Shown: positions 7,769-16,194 of the stretch, piece after piece
Numbering within the stretch: position 1 is the stretch's first letter
Layout: every line of letters starts with the position of its first letter
Program-made: the position numbers and the translations under genes
The notes under the pieces: generated by a model
What the model saw: only the letters and a program-made list of their open reading frames with translations
Database searches by the model: none
Told to the model about the DNA's origin: nothing
DNA from: Candidatus Scatosoma sp.
Lineage (GTDB): Bacteria > Bacillota > Clostridia > Christensenellales > Borkfalkiaceae
DNA: 48,903 nt
Assembly: GCA_045635845.1 (NCBI GenBank)
Contig: JAZTWL010000206.1
Span: 1-48,903 of the forward strand
Reading direction: 5' to 3'

Positions 7769-8716
7769 ATGCAAAAACGCAACACGGTGGAGCGGCGAAA
7801 ACGCCGCTCCACTTCTTTTTTACACACCAAACCGCTTTCCATTCGTCTGCACCCGCTCTTTCTTCTCGCGGGCGTTTGGTACGCCTTCAAGGGGGAGCTT
7901 TTTCTCTTTTTTATGAGTGCGCTCGTCGCCATTCAACACGAGTGTGCTCACGCCTTTGCTAGCGCAAAACTCGGCTATAAGCTCCACAAAATTGTGCTCA
8001 TGCCCTTTGGCGCAATCATCGACGGGGATTTGCAAGGCATTTCCTTCAAGGATGAGATCTTCGTCGCCCTTTGCGGCCCGCTTTGCAACCTTTGTACCGC
8101 CTTGTTTTTTGGCGCAATTTGGTGGTTTGTGCCTACCATGTACGCGTTCACGGACACTGCGTTCTATTCTTCCGTCGCAATTGCACTCGTGAATTTACTC
8201 CCCGCCTACCCCTTGGACGGGGGAAGAATTTTGCGTTGCGCGCTCACGCGCGCACTTCTAAAATCCCGCCCGCAAGCGGAAAAAGCGGAGCGAATTGCCG
8301 ATCGGATTTGTCGTATTCTCTCCCTTCTTTTTGCTTTCGCGCTTTTATCAATCTTCGTCGCGCAAGCCGTGAAGGGTACGCCGAATCTCACCCTACTCGC
8401 CTTTTCATTGTTTTTGGGCGTGGGGGCGGTTGGCAACAAAGATAAGCTTTCCGTCTACCGCAAAATCGATTTTTCCTTGCACCGACCCATGCAAAACGGC
8501 GTGGAAATCCGTCGCGTTGCGGTGCTCGATTCGTGCACGGTAAAAACGGCGCTACGTTTTATCACGAAGGGGGCGTATCTTGTTTTGGAAATCTACGACG
8601 AAGGGGAAAATAAGCTATTCGAACTCACCCAAAACGAGCTCGCCGCACTCGTCCTGCAATCCAAGACGCCCTACGAAACTTTACGTTCTCTTTGCGAAAA
8701 TTGCAAATTTTTATAA
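7769..8716 (+). CDS. spoIVFB: M50 site-2 protease, SpoIVFB-like
   Basis: HExxH (IQHECAHAF), NLLPAYPLDGGRIL motif, multiple TM segments, C-terminal CBS-like tail. The ATG at 7769 follows the upstream stop by 4 nt. Confidence 0.8.
   Translation: MQKRNTVERRKRRSTSFLHTKPLSIRLHPLFLLAGVWYAFKGELFLFFMSALVAIQHECAHAFASAKLGYKLHKIVLMPFGAIIDGDLQGISFKDEIFVALCGPLCNLCTALFFGAIWWFVPTMYAFTDTAFYSSVAIALVNLLPAYPLDGGRILRCALTRALLKSRPQAEKAERIADRICRILSLLFAFALLSIFVAQAVKGTPNLTLLAFSLFLGVGAVGNKDKLSVYRKIDFSLHRPMQNGVEIRRVAVLDSCTVKTALRFITKGAYLVLEIYDEGENKLFELTQNELAALVLQSKTPYETLRSLCENCKFL
8131..8150 (+). repeat. dispersed repeat, partial copy D, inside spoIVFB
   Basis: GCCTACCATGTACGCGTTCA (18/20 match to the consensus core), translated as VPTMYAFT. 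Confidence 0.5.
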
Positions 8717-8814
8717 AAAATATCGCATTTTTGACCTAAAAAGAGCAAATTTTCCATAGTTTCAGGACAAAATTTCTTGCCAAAAATCGTTTGGTTTGTT
8801 ATACTACTAGTTGT

Positions 8815-8842
8815 GTGTGAAACGAGCGCATTCGTTTCACAC
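8815..8842 (+). promoter_or_regulatory. perfect 11-bp stem-loop in the rng 5' leader
   Basis: GTGTGAAACGA-GCGCAT-TCGTTTCACAC, downstream of a TTGCCA-17-TATACT promoter-like element and 30 nt before the rng start. Confidence 0.5.
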
Positions 8843-8871
8843 GCGAAAAATCCCCGAAAAGGACGGCGCGA

Positions 8872-10389
8872 ATGAAAAAAGAAATTAAAAAAGAATGGTT
8901 TTTGGATCGCTACTGCAATCAGCAGTTTGCCGCCCTTGTGGAAGACGGCAGACTGACGGAATTTGCGTGCGAGCAAGAGCCCCGCGGCGTTTGCGTTGGG
9001 GATATTTATAAAGGCAAGGTTGTCAATTTGCTTTCGGGCATGAACGCCGCCTTTATCCATTGCGGTTTGGAAAAGAACTGTTATCTTTCCACCGAAGAAA
9101 CGTACACGGACTACACGAAATACGACGGCACGTTGAAAACGACCACCGTCAAACCCCTTTCCTTAAAAATCGGCGACGAAATTATCGTTCAAGTGACGAA
9201 GCCCCCGCGTGGCACGAAGGGCGCGAAGGTGACAACCCACCTTTCCTTTGTCGGGAAACGCCTTATCTACCTTCCGAACACCGATTTTGTGGGCATTTCC
9301 CGCAAAATCACGGACGAAAACACCCGCCGAGAGCTTCTTCTCACCGCGGAAACCATGCGCACGCGCGAAGACGAAGGGTATATCGTCCGCACGCAAGCCC
9401 CTTTCGCCACGGAAGAACAATTAAAATCGGAAGCGGCGTACTTGAAAAAACTCTATCGTGAAACGCTCACGTTCGCAAACAAAATGCCCGTCGGCTCGGC
9501 AATTTATCAAGACGACGATTTACCTTGCCGCGTTATGCGCGATTGTTTCGGCGACGAAATCGACGCCATTCACGTGGGGGACAAGGAGCTCTTCGAAAGA
9601 CTTTCCCATCTTATCAAGCTCCGCAAAGACATTCCCCAAAAGAAGTTGCATTTCTATAACGACGAACGCACGATTTTTGAAAAGCACAACATTCGCACGC
9701 TCGTTTACAACGCCGCAAGCCCCGTCGTTCCTTTGGAAAAGGGCGGCTCACTCATCATTGAACACACCGAAGCCATGACGGTTATCGACGTGAACACGGG
9801 CAGCTATATCGGCGCGAACAACTTGGAAGAAACGGTTTTTGCCGTCAATCTTGCCGCCGCGGAAGAAATTGCAAGACAAGTCCGCCTTCGCAATATCGGC
9901 GGGATTGTGGTGGTAGACTTTATCGATATGCAGGACGAAGAACACCGTCTTGCCGTCACCGCCGCACTCACCGAACACCTGAAAAAGGACAGCGCGAAAT
10001 GCAACGTTTTGCCCATGAGTGAGCTTTGCTTGACGCAGTTTACCCGCAAGCGCGTGGGACACGACGCTCGTTCCTATCTCGTAAAGCCCTGCCCCCATTG
10101 TGGTGGCATAGGGCACGTACACGAAGATATTTTCGTGATCACGAGTATCCGCGCCAAGCTTTTGGATTGCTTTGCCGAAGGCAACACCTTCGCCACCGTC
10201 GATCTCAACGAGCATATTATGGAAAAAATCTTGGACGAACGCTTATTCTCTATCGAAGCGAAAAATCGTTGGAAGGATAAGAAAATCTATCTCATCCCCC
10301 ACAAGACCTACCGCGAAGATTCCTTCTTCGTCAAGGGTGGAAAAGGGGAAAGCGCGTCCCTTCCCGAAAAAGCACAGCTCCTTTATTAA
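8872..10389 (+). CDS. rng: ribonuclease G/E family endoribonuclease (Rne/Rng)
   Basis: 505 aa. S1 domain GDIYKGKVVNLLSGMNAAFIHCG, catalytic core ...TVIDVNTG...GGIVVVDFIDM, and a Zn-link-like CPHCGGIG. Confidence 0.85.
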   Translation: MKKEIKKEWFLDRYCNQQFAALVEDGRLTEFACEQEPRGVCVGDIYKGKVVNLLSGMNAAFIHCGLEKNCYLSTEETYTDYTKYDGTLKTTTVKPLSLKIGDEIIVQVTKPPRGTKGAKVTTHLSFVGKRLIYLPNTDFVGISRKITDENTRRELLLTAETMRTREDEGYIVRTQAPFATEEQLKSEAAYLKKLYRETLTFANKMPVGSAIYQDDDLPCRVMRDCFGDEIDAIHVGDKELFERLSHLIKLRKDIPQKKLHFYNDERTIFEKHNIRTLVYNAASPVVPLEKGGSLIIEHTEAMTVIDVNTGSYIGANNLEETVFAVNLAAAEEIARQVRLRNIGGIVVVDFIDMQDEEHRLAVTAALTEHLKKDSAKCNVLPMSELCLTQFTRKRVGHDARSYLVKPCPHCGGIGHVHEDIFVITSIRAKLLDCFAEGNTFATVDLNEHIMEKILDERLFSIEAKNRWKDKKIYLIPHKTYREDSFFVKGGKGESASLPEKAQLLY

Positions 10390-10399
10390 ACAAACTCAA

Positions 10400-10426
10400 C
10401 CCGTCGCAAAACGCGACGGGTTTTTT
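10400..10426 (+). terminator. rho-independent terminator of rng
   Basis: CCCGTCGC-AAAAC-GCGACGGG followed by T6. Confidence 0.85.
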
Positions 10427-10429
10427 GGT

Positions 10430-10487
10430 AAAACGGGGCTACCATGTACGCGTTGAATAAAAATGGGGCTACCATGTACGCGTTGAA
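10430..10487 (+). repeat. two head-to-tail copies (E1, E2) of the dispersed repeat
   Basis: AAAACGGGGCTACCATGTACGCGTTGAA at 10430-10457, one T, then AAAAATGGGGCTACCATGTACGCGTTGAA at 10459-10487. Confidence 0.9.
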
Positions 10488-10524
10488 ATTCTTATTTTAT
10501 AAGCTTTTAGCAATCTTTTCCTTG

Positions 10525-10543
10525 CCCGCTTCGCGGGTTTTTT
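10525..10543 (+). terminator. second small terminator-like hairpin
   Basis: CCCGC-TTC-GCGGG followed by T6. Confidence 0.45.
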
Positions 10544-10555
10544 ATTGGAAAATGC

Positions 10556-10584
10556 TTTACAATACCCTTTCAATGTGATATAAT
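10556..10584 (+). promoter_or_regulatory. sigma-A type promoter (TTTACA-17-TATAAT, TG-extended)
   Basis: TTTACA at 10556-10561 and TGTGATATAAT ending at 10584, upstream of the Wzz-like gene. Confidence 0.5.
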
Positions 10585-10689
10585 ATTACTTGACGCGGTA
10601 TTTTTTATAAAATATTTTATAAAACCCCACGTTTTAAGGCACTCGTTTGCAGTGCAAATCAAAAGGAAAAACTTATAAGGAGAATCCTA

Positions 10690-12033
10690 ATGGAAGATAA
10701 TCGTCAAGTGGAAGAAGGCAGCAGCTTATTGGATATTGTCCGCCTTCTTTTGAGCAAAATTAAGTACCTTATCCTTGCCGTAATTATCGGCGGCATTTTG
10801 GGCGGTGCTTTGGCTGTGTGGAGAACGATTGACATTAACTATTTCGGCACGCGCGTAGAATTCTACGTGAACCCCGAAAAACCCGAAGAAACGACGGGCT
10901 CGTCGAGCGGCGTAGCCGCTGGCGGTAGTCAGTATGGCGTTTACGGCGCTTACGGGCAACACGTTATGGACAACATGATCCGTCTTCTTTCTTCCGAAAG
11001 CTTCGCAGAACAACTCGTTTTGAACGGCAACGTTCTTCCCGCAAAAGGAAATTATTTCTCGAGCGAAGAGAAGAACGCGGAATTCAAAGCGCTTTACGAA
11101 GCGGCAGAACCACTTTTGGTAGACGTAGCGAATAAGGAAAAGGATTACAACGCCGCATTGGAAGCAAAGGCGCAAGCGGTAAGCGATTCCAACGAAAAGC
11201 TCCGCACGTTGAACGCTGAATGGACGCCCCTTTATTTGAGCGGTCTCGTAAACAGCAGTTCGTTTAGATTGGACGAATATCTCGCTTACGAAAAAGATGG
11301 GCACACCATTCCCGACGCGTTGGAACAAGCATACCTTGCTTATAACGTAGCACAAACGAACGTTGCAAGAGAACAAACGAACGTTAGCAACACCGAACAG
11401 GCTTGGAAGTTGGCGAAAAACAAAGCTTATAAGCCCCAAACCGAAGGCGAATCGCTCGGCGCGGTGGAAAAAGTTTTAGAGCTTTGGCGCACCTCGAACT
11501 ACTACGCTTCCCAACTTTCCCGTTATAAGTCCTGCGTTTCCTATTCCTATTTGGAAAGCGCGCCCACGGACGACGACGATACGAGCAAGCTTGCTCGCTC
11601 CTTCATTTACGTAAGAATTTCGGTTTTGAATAAGGACGTAGAAGAAGGCATTAAGATCGCGGAAGACGTTCTTGCGCGCGTTAAGAAGGTTGTTCCCGTA
11701 TACGTAGAAGAAAACATGACCGTTCCCGACGGCTACGTTGGTACGAATTGCCAAAGAATTTCCCGTATGGACGGCATTCACCAAACCGACCCGAACTACA
11801 CGAAAAATCAAGCGATTAAGACGGGTATTCTTTTCGCAGGGTTCTTCTTCGTAGTGGCATGCGTAATCATTATTATCGTAGATAAATCGGATAAGCGTTT
11901 GCGTGATCACGAAGTAATCACGAGAACCTTCAACGTTCCCGTACTCGGGATCGTACCCACGATCGATGAACTCGCGGCAGAATCTCACGCCAAGAAAAAA
12001 GGTGTGAATAAAAACAAAACGGAGGTGAAATAA
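10690..12033 (+). CDS. Wzz/CpsC-type polysaccharide co-polymerase (chain-length determinant) with a long extracytoplasmic domain
   Basis: N-terminal Wzz signature SLLDIVRLLLSKIKYLILAVIIGGILGG, a ~330-aa helical ectodomain, and a C-terminal TM ILFAGFFFVVACVIIIIV followed by the kinase-activating tail. Confidence 0.8.
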   Translation: MEDNRQVEEGSSLLDIVRLLLSKIKYLILAVIIGGILGGALAVWRTIDINYFGTRVEFYVNPEKPEETTGSSSGVAAGGSQYGVYGAYGQHVMDNMIRLLSSESFAEQLVLNGNVLPAKGNYFSSEEKNAEFKALYEAAEPLLVDVANKEKDYNAALEAKAQAVSDSNEKLRTLNAEWTPLYLSGLVNSSSFRLDEYLAYEKDGHTIPDALEQAYLAYNVAQTNVAREQTNVSNTEQAWKLAKNKAYKPQTEGESLGAVEKVLELWRTSNYYASQLSRYKSCVSYSYLESAPTDDDDTSKLARSFIYVRISVLNKDVEEGIKIAEDVLARVKKVVPVYVEENMTVPDGYVGTNCQRISRMDGIHQTDPNYTKNQAIKTGILFAGFFFVVACVIIIIVDKSDKRLRDHEVITRTFNVPVLGIVPTIDELAAESHAKKKGVNKNKTEVK

Positions 12034-12035
12034 TT

Positions 12036-12857
12036 ATGGGATTCTTCTCTAAATTTTTCCGTAAACGTCGCGATAACAAGCACGCACATAGAACGCACCG
12101 CTCGCATAGAGCAGAATATTTGTTGGACGAAAAAACCCCCTTCGACGTCACCGAAGCTTTCCGTAATTTGAAAGCGGCAATCTCCGTTTCCGTACCCAAA
12201 AAGGACGGCGGCGTTGCTATTATGATGACGTCTGCATACCCCGAAGACGGCAAAACGACGGTCACGGCAAATCTTGCTTTAATGTTCGCTCTTTCGGACG
12301 CAAAGGTTATCTTGATCGACGCCGACATTCGTAAAGGCCGCGTAGCAAAGTATTTCAAGCGCAAATCCGCGCCCGGTCTTTCCGACTATCTCTCTGGTCA
12401 AAACACTTTGGAAGAAGTTGTGCACCACTCGCACGTGAACGAAAACCTTTCGTATATCACCTGCGGTACGCACTCGCCGAAGCCCTACGAACTTTTGGAA
12501 AGCGAAGAAATGAAGAAGCTCTTGGAAGAGCTTCGTAAGACGTACGATTATATCATTATCGATACGCCACCCGTACTTCTTCTTTCCGACGCGTTGGCGC
12601 TCGCGCCCATCACGGACGGCACGGCTCTTGTTTGCCGCCACCAAGTTTCTTATATTAGCGACATTTCCCGCGCGCTTAACACCTTGAACTTCGCAAAAGC
12701 GAACGTACTCGGCGTAATCGTAAACGACTATAAAGCACCCAAGACGGCGAAGTACGGCGGCTACGGCTACGGCAAAAAATACTATTATTATTCCTATTCC
12801 TACGGCTCTACCGATCCCAAAGAAACGGACGACGAATCCCAAGAAACGGAAGAATAA
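12036..12857 (+). CDS. CpsD/CapB-family bacterial tyrosine kinase (BY-kinase)
   Basis: Walker A SAYPEDGKTT, A' VILIDADIRKG, B DYIIIDTPP, and a C-terminal Tyr cluster YGGYGYGKKYYYYSYSYG. Confidence 0.9.
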   Translation: MGFFSKFFRKRRDNKHAHRTHRSHRAEYLLDEKTPFDVTEAFRNLKAAISVSVPKKDGGVAIMMTSAYPEDGKTTVTANLALMFALSDAKVILIDADIRKGRVAKYFKRKSAPGLSDYLSGQNTLEEVVHHSHVNENLSYITCGTHSPKPYELLESEEMKKLLEELRKTYDYIIIDTPPVLLLSDALALAPITDGTALVCRHQVSYISDISRALNTLNFAKANVLGVIVNDYKAPKTAKYGGYGYGKKYYYYSYSYGSTDPKETDDESQETEE

Positions 12858-12874
12858 TCCACAAGAACAGCAAG

Positions 12875-12899
12875 GAAGGGCGGCATTTCTCCGCCCTTC
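12875..12899 (+). terminator. terminator-like hairpin
   Basis: GAAGGGCGG-CATTTCT-CCGCCCTTC, followed by a T-rich tract. Confidence 0.6.
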
Positions 12900-12978
12900 T
12901 TATCATATTTTCCCTTTCTCGCGCACACTCGCGCGTTGAAACCGTTTGAAAGCGGAAAAAAACGGGTATTAAATAGAC

Positions 12979-15417
12979 ATGGAAACGATTAAGAAAAAAG
13001 AAACCACAAATCTCTATCCCGTAATCCCTTTGCGCGGCAAAGTAGCATTCCCGAGCACCACCCTTTCCTTTGAAGTGGGCAGGGAAATCACCTTGAAAGC
13101 GATCGACTACGCATCCAACGCCACCGATCGCACCTTTTTCATTCTCTCGCAAAAGGACACGGAAAAAGAAACGATTGACGCGGAAGATTTATATTCCGTC
13201 GGCTGCGTTGCAAAGATCAAACAAATCGCACAACTCACGGGCGGTGCAGCTCGCGTATTGTGCGAAGTCCTTTACCGCGCGAAAGCGCGGGTAGTCCGCT
13301 TTGAAGACGGGTTCTTCTCGGCGGTTTGCGATCCCATTGAAACGGTACACGGCGACGAAGTGATGGAAGAAGCGTACTTCCGCACGGCAAAAGCGCTTGT
13401 GAAGGACGTCGCGGCGGTGGACGGCAAGATCGCCAAGGACGTTTTGGCGCGGCTTGAACGCTGTCAAGCGGCGGAAGAATATCTCAACGTCGCTTTGAGC
13501 GCAATGCGCGTGCGTTTGGAAATCAAGCAGTCTATCTTGGAAGAGCCCCGCTTGATCGAGCAGTTGAAGCGTATGGAAAACTGCTTGAACGACGAGCTTG
13601 AAATCTCGAAAATCGAGAAGAAAATCGCGCAAGCGGTTCGCCAAAGCATCGATAAAAACCAAAAGGAATATTTCCTTCGCGAACAAATCAAGGCCATTCA
13701 TTCCGAACTCGGCGACGATGAAAAAGAAGAAGACGAGTACCGCGCGAAGATTTTGGAAAAGGGACTTCCCGAAAAGCTCGAAATCAAGTGCTTAAAGGAA
13801 ATCGACCGCCTTTCCAAGATGCCTTCTTCTGCCGCGGAATACACGGTGATTGCAAGCTATCTCGATCAAGTGCTCGCCCTTCCTTGGACGGAAGAAACGG
13901 TGGATACCGAGAGCTTGGAAGAATGTGCGAAGGTGCTTGACGCCGACCATTTCGGTTTGGAAAAAATCAAAGAACGCATTACGGAATATTTGGCAGTCTT
14001 GAAACTTACAGGCTCGATGAAAGCCCCGATTTTGTGTTTTGTCGGCCCTCCCGGCGTGGGGAAAACGAGTATTGCGCAATCGATTGCGCGCGCGTTGGGT
14101 AGAAAGTTCGTGCGCATGAGCCTTGGCGGGGTAAAGGACGAAGCGGAAATCCGCGGTCACCGCCGCACCTATATCGGCGCGATGCCCGGCCGTATCTTAT
14201 ACGGCATGAAGAACGCGGAAACGATCAATCCCGTTTTCTTGCTCGACGAAATCGACAAAATCACTTCGGATATGCACGGCGATCCTTCGAGCGCACTTTT
14301 GGAAGTGCTTGATCCCGAGCAAAACACTACCTTCCGCGATCGGTACTTGGAATTCCCGTACGACTTGAGCAAAGTGCTCTTTATCACGACGGCAAACACC
14401 TTGGATACAATCCCCGGCCCGTTGCGCGATCGAATGGAAATTATCGAGCTTTCGGGCTATACCATGGAAGAAAAAACGGAAATTACCCGCCGTTATCTCG
14501 TTCCCAAACAACTCCGCGCAAACGGTCTTACGGACAACAACGCCACCTTCTCGGAAGAAGGGGTACGCGCGGCGATTGAAGGTTATACGAGAGAAGCGGG
14601 CGTGCGTACACTCGAACGCACGATCGGCTCGATTTGCCGCAAAATTGCGGTAAAATACGCCGTGGATAAGGACATGCCCCCCGTGTTCGTGGATAAAGCG
14701 AAAGCGGAAGAATTGCTCGGCACGCCGAAATTTAAGAAAAACGACGAACGCTTCGAGCAAGAAATCGGCACGGTGACGGGTCTTGCTTGGACGGCAGTCG
14801 GCGGTACGACGCTTATCGTGGAAGCTACGTCCATGAAGGGCAAAGGGCACTTGACGTTGACAGGTCAACTCGGCGACGTTATGAAGGAATCGGCACAAGC
14901 CGCCCTTTCCTATATCAAAGCCAACGCGGAAAAATACGGCGTTGATTTGGAAAAACTCGAAAAAACCGACTTGCACATTCACTTCCCCGAAGGGGCAACG
15001 CCGAAGGACGGCCCGAGTGCAGGTATCACGATTGCTACGGCAATTTTGTCCGTTTTGACGGGCAAAAAGGTGCGCGGCGACGTGGCTATGACGGGGGAAA
15101 TCACCTTACGCGGCAAGGTATTGCCGATCGGCGGTTTGAAGGAAAAATCTCTTGCCGCAAGGCGAGTGGGTATTAAGACGGTGCTTATTCCTGATGGGAA
15201 CAAACGCGAAATCGACGATTTGCCGCAAGTGGTGAAGGACGAAATTTCCTTCGTGCCCGTCAAGAGCGTGGACGAAGTGTTCAATATCGTTTTGGAAGGG
15301 GGCGAAGGCTACGCCCTTCCTAGCGAAACAAAACCCAAAGCGCCGAGAAAGAAGCGTATGCCCAAGGCTATGCCACCCATTCCCCACGACGACGCAAACC
15401 CTGCTGTTCGTTGCTAA
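12979..15417 (+). CDS. lon: ATP-dependent Lon protease (LonA)
   Basis: 812 aa. LON N-domain, Walker A GPPGVGKTS, catalytic PKDGPSAGIT. Confidence 0.97.
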   Translation: METIKKKETTNLYPVIPLRGKVAFPSTTLSFEVGREITLKAIDYASNATDRTFFILSQKDTEKETIDAEDLYSVGCVAKIKQIAQLTGGAARVLCEVLYRAKARVVRFEDGFFSAVCDPIETVHGDEVMEEAYFRTAKALVKDVAAVDGKIAKDVLARLERCQAAEEYLNVALSAMRVRLEIKQSILEEPRLIEQLKRMENCLNDELEISKIEKKIAQAVRQSIDKNQKEYFLREQIKAIHSELGDDEKEEDEYRAKILEKGLPEKLEIKCLKEIDRLSKMPSSAAEYTVIASYLDQVLALPWTEETVDTESLEECAKVLDADHFGLEKIKERITEYLAVLKLTGSMKAPILCFVGPPGVGKTSIAQSIARALGRKFVRMSLGGVKDEAEIRGHRRTYIGAMPGRILYGMKNAETINPVFLLDEIDKITSDMHGDPSSALLEVLDPEQNTTFRDRYLEFPYDLSKVLFITTANTLDTIPGPLRDRMEIIELSGYTMEEKTEITRRYLVPKQLRANGLTDNNATFSEEGVRAAIEGYTREAGVRTLERTIGSICRKIAVKYAVDKDMPPVFVDKAKAEELLGTPKFKKNDERFEQEIGTVTGLAWTAVGGTTLIVEATSMKGKGHLTLTGQLGDVMKESAQAALSYIKANAEKYGVDLEKLEKTDLHIHFPEGATPKDGPSAGITIATAILSVLTGKKVRGDVAMTGEITLRGKVLPIGGLKEKSLAARRVGIKTVLIPDGNKREIDDLPQVVKDEISFVPVKSVDEVFNIVLEGGEGYALPSETKPKAPRKKRMPKAMPPIPHDDANPAVRC

Positions 15418-15429
15418 ATTTTTTAATTA

Positions 15430-15445
15430 GGAGCTACCATGTACG
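15430..15445 (+). repeat. dispersed repeat, partial/degenerate copy F forming the engB translation start
   Basis: GGAGCTACCATGTACG versus consensus GGGGCTACCATGTACG. The embedded ATG (15439) is the engB start codon. Confidence 0.4.
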
Positions 15446-16104
15446 AAACGAAACGCGAAAATCAAGCGCCTGCACTGAAAATTAAAAACGCCACGTTCAT
15501 CACTTCGGCGGCGAAAAAGGAACAGTTTATCACACCCGATAAACCCATGATCGCCGTTTGCGGAAAATCGAACGTCGGCAAAAGCTCGTTTATCAATATG
15601 CTCGCCAACCAAAAGAAACTCGCAAAAACGAGTAGCGAGCCGGGTAGAACGCGGCTTGTAAACTATTTCGATTTCGGGGAATTTATTCTTGCCGACTTAC
15701 CCGGCTACGGCTTTGCAAGAGTATCGAAAGGCGAGAAGGAAAAGTGGGCGAAAACGCTCGATTCCTTCTTCAAGGATAAGGCACGTATCGCGCACGTATT
15801 CATGCTTGTGGATAGTCGTCACGATCCCACGGCGGACGACGTGCAAATGATTGAATTTTTGCACTACCACACCTTGCCGTTCACGGTTACGCTCACGAAA
15901 GCGGACAAGCTTTCCAAAATGAAATTGAAAGAGCATATCAAAGCGATTGCAGCGGACTTATATCTTGCCCCTGCGAATATGCTTGCCACGAGCTCGGAAA
16001 CGGGCTACGGCAAAGACGACGTTTTGAGAAAACTCCGCGAGATTATCGATCTCGCCAACGCCCCCATTGTGGAAATTGAAGAAGAAACGGAAGACGAAGA
16101 ATAA
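15439..16104 (+). CDS. engB: ribosome biogenesis GTP-binding protein YsxC/EngB
   Basis: G1 GKSNVGKSS, then DLPGYG and TKADK. The lon-ysxC adjacency matches Bacillus. Confidence 0.92.
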   Translation: MYETKRENQAPALKIKNATFITSAAKKEQFITPDKPMIAVCGKSNVGKSSFINMLANQKKLAKTSSEPGRTRLVNYFDFGEFILADLPGYGFARVSKGEKEKWAKTLDSFFKDKARIAHVFMLVDSRHDPTADDVQMIEFLHYHTLPFTVTLTKADKLSKMKLKEHIKAIAADLYLAPANMLATSSETGYGKDDVLRKLREIIDLANAPIVEIEEETEDEE

Positions 16105-16109
16105 AGAAT

Positions 16110-16139
16110 AGCCCCGCCCGAAATCGGGCGGGGCTTTTT
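16110..16139 (+). terminator. rho-independent terminator of engB
   Basis: AGCCCCGCCCG-AAAT-CGGGCGGGGCT followed by T5. Confidence 0.9.
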
Positions 16140-16157
16140 CATAAAAACGCAACCTAA

Positions 16158-16193
16158 AAAACCAAAAGGCTTTCCCGAAGGAAAGCCTTTTTT
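16158..16193 (-). terminator. rho-independent terminator of rqcH
   Basis: Reverse strand reads AAAGGCTTTCC-TTCG-GGAAAGCCTTT followed by a T-rich tract. Confidence 0.8.
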
Positions 16194-16194
16194 C

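Noticed and set aside
10430-10487. Possibility that the 28-29-nt repeats are a CRISPR array
   Set aside because: The only adjacent copies are separated by a single nucleotide with no spacers. Other copies are kilobases apart and in both orientations, and there are no cas genes.
10444-10578. 44-codon sORF (MYALNKNGATMYALKFLFYKLLAIFSLPAS...) starting in the tandem repeat copies
   Set aside because: It reads straight through a terminator-like hairpin and the downstream promoter, and its start is only the repeat-borne ATG. It is probably fortuitous.
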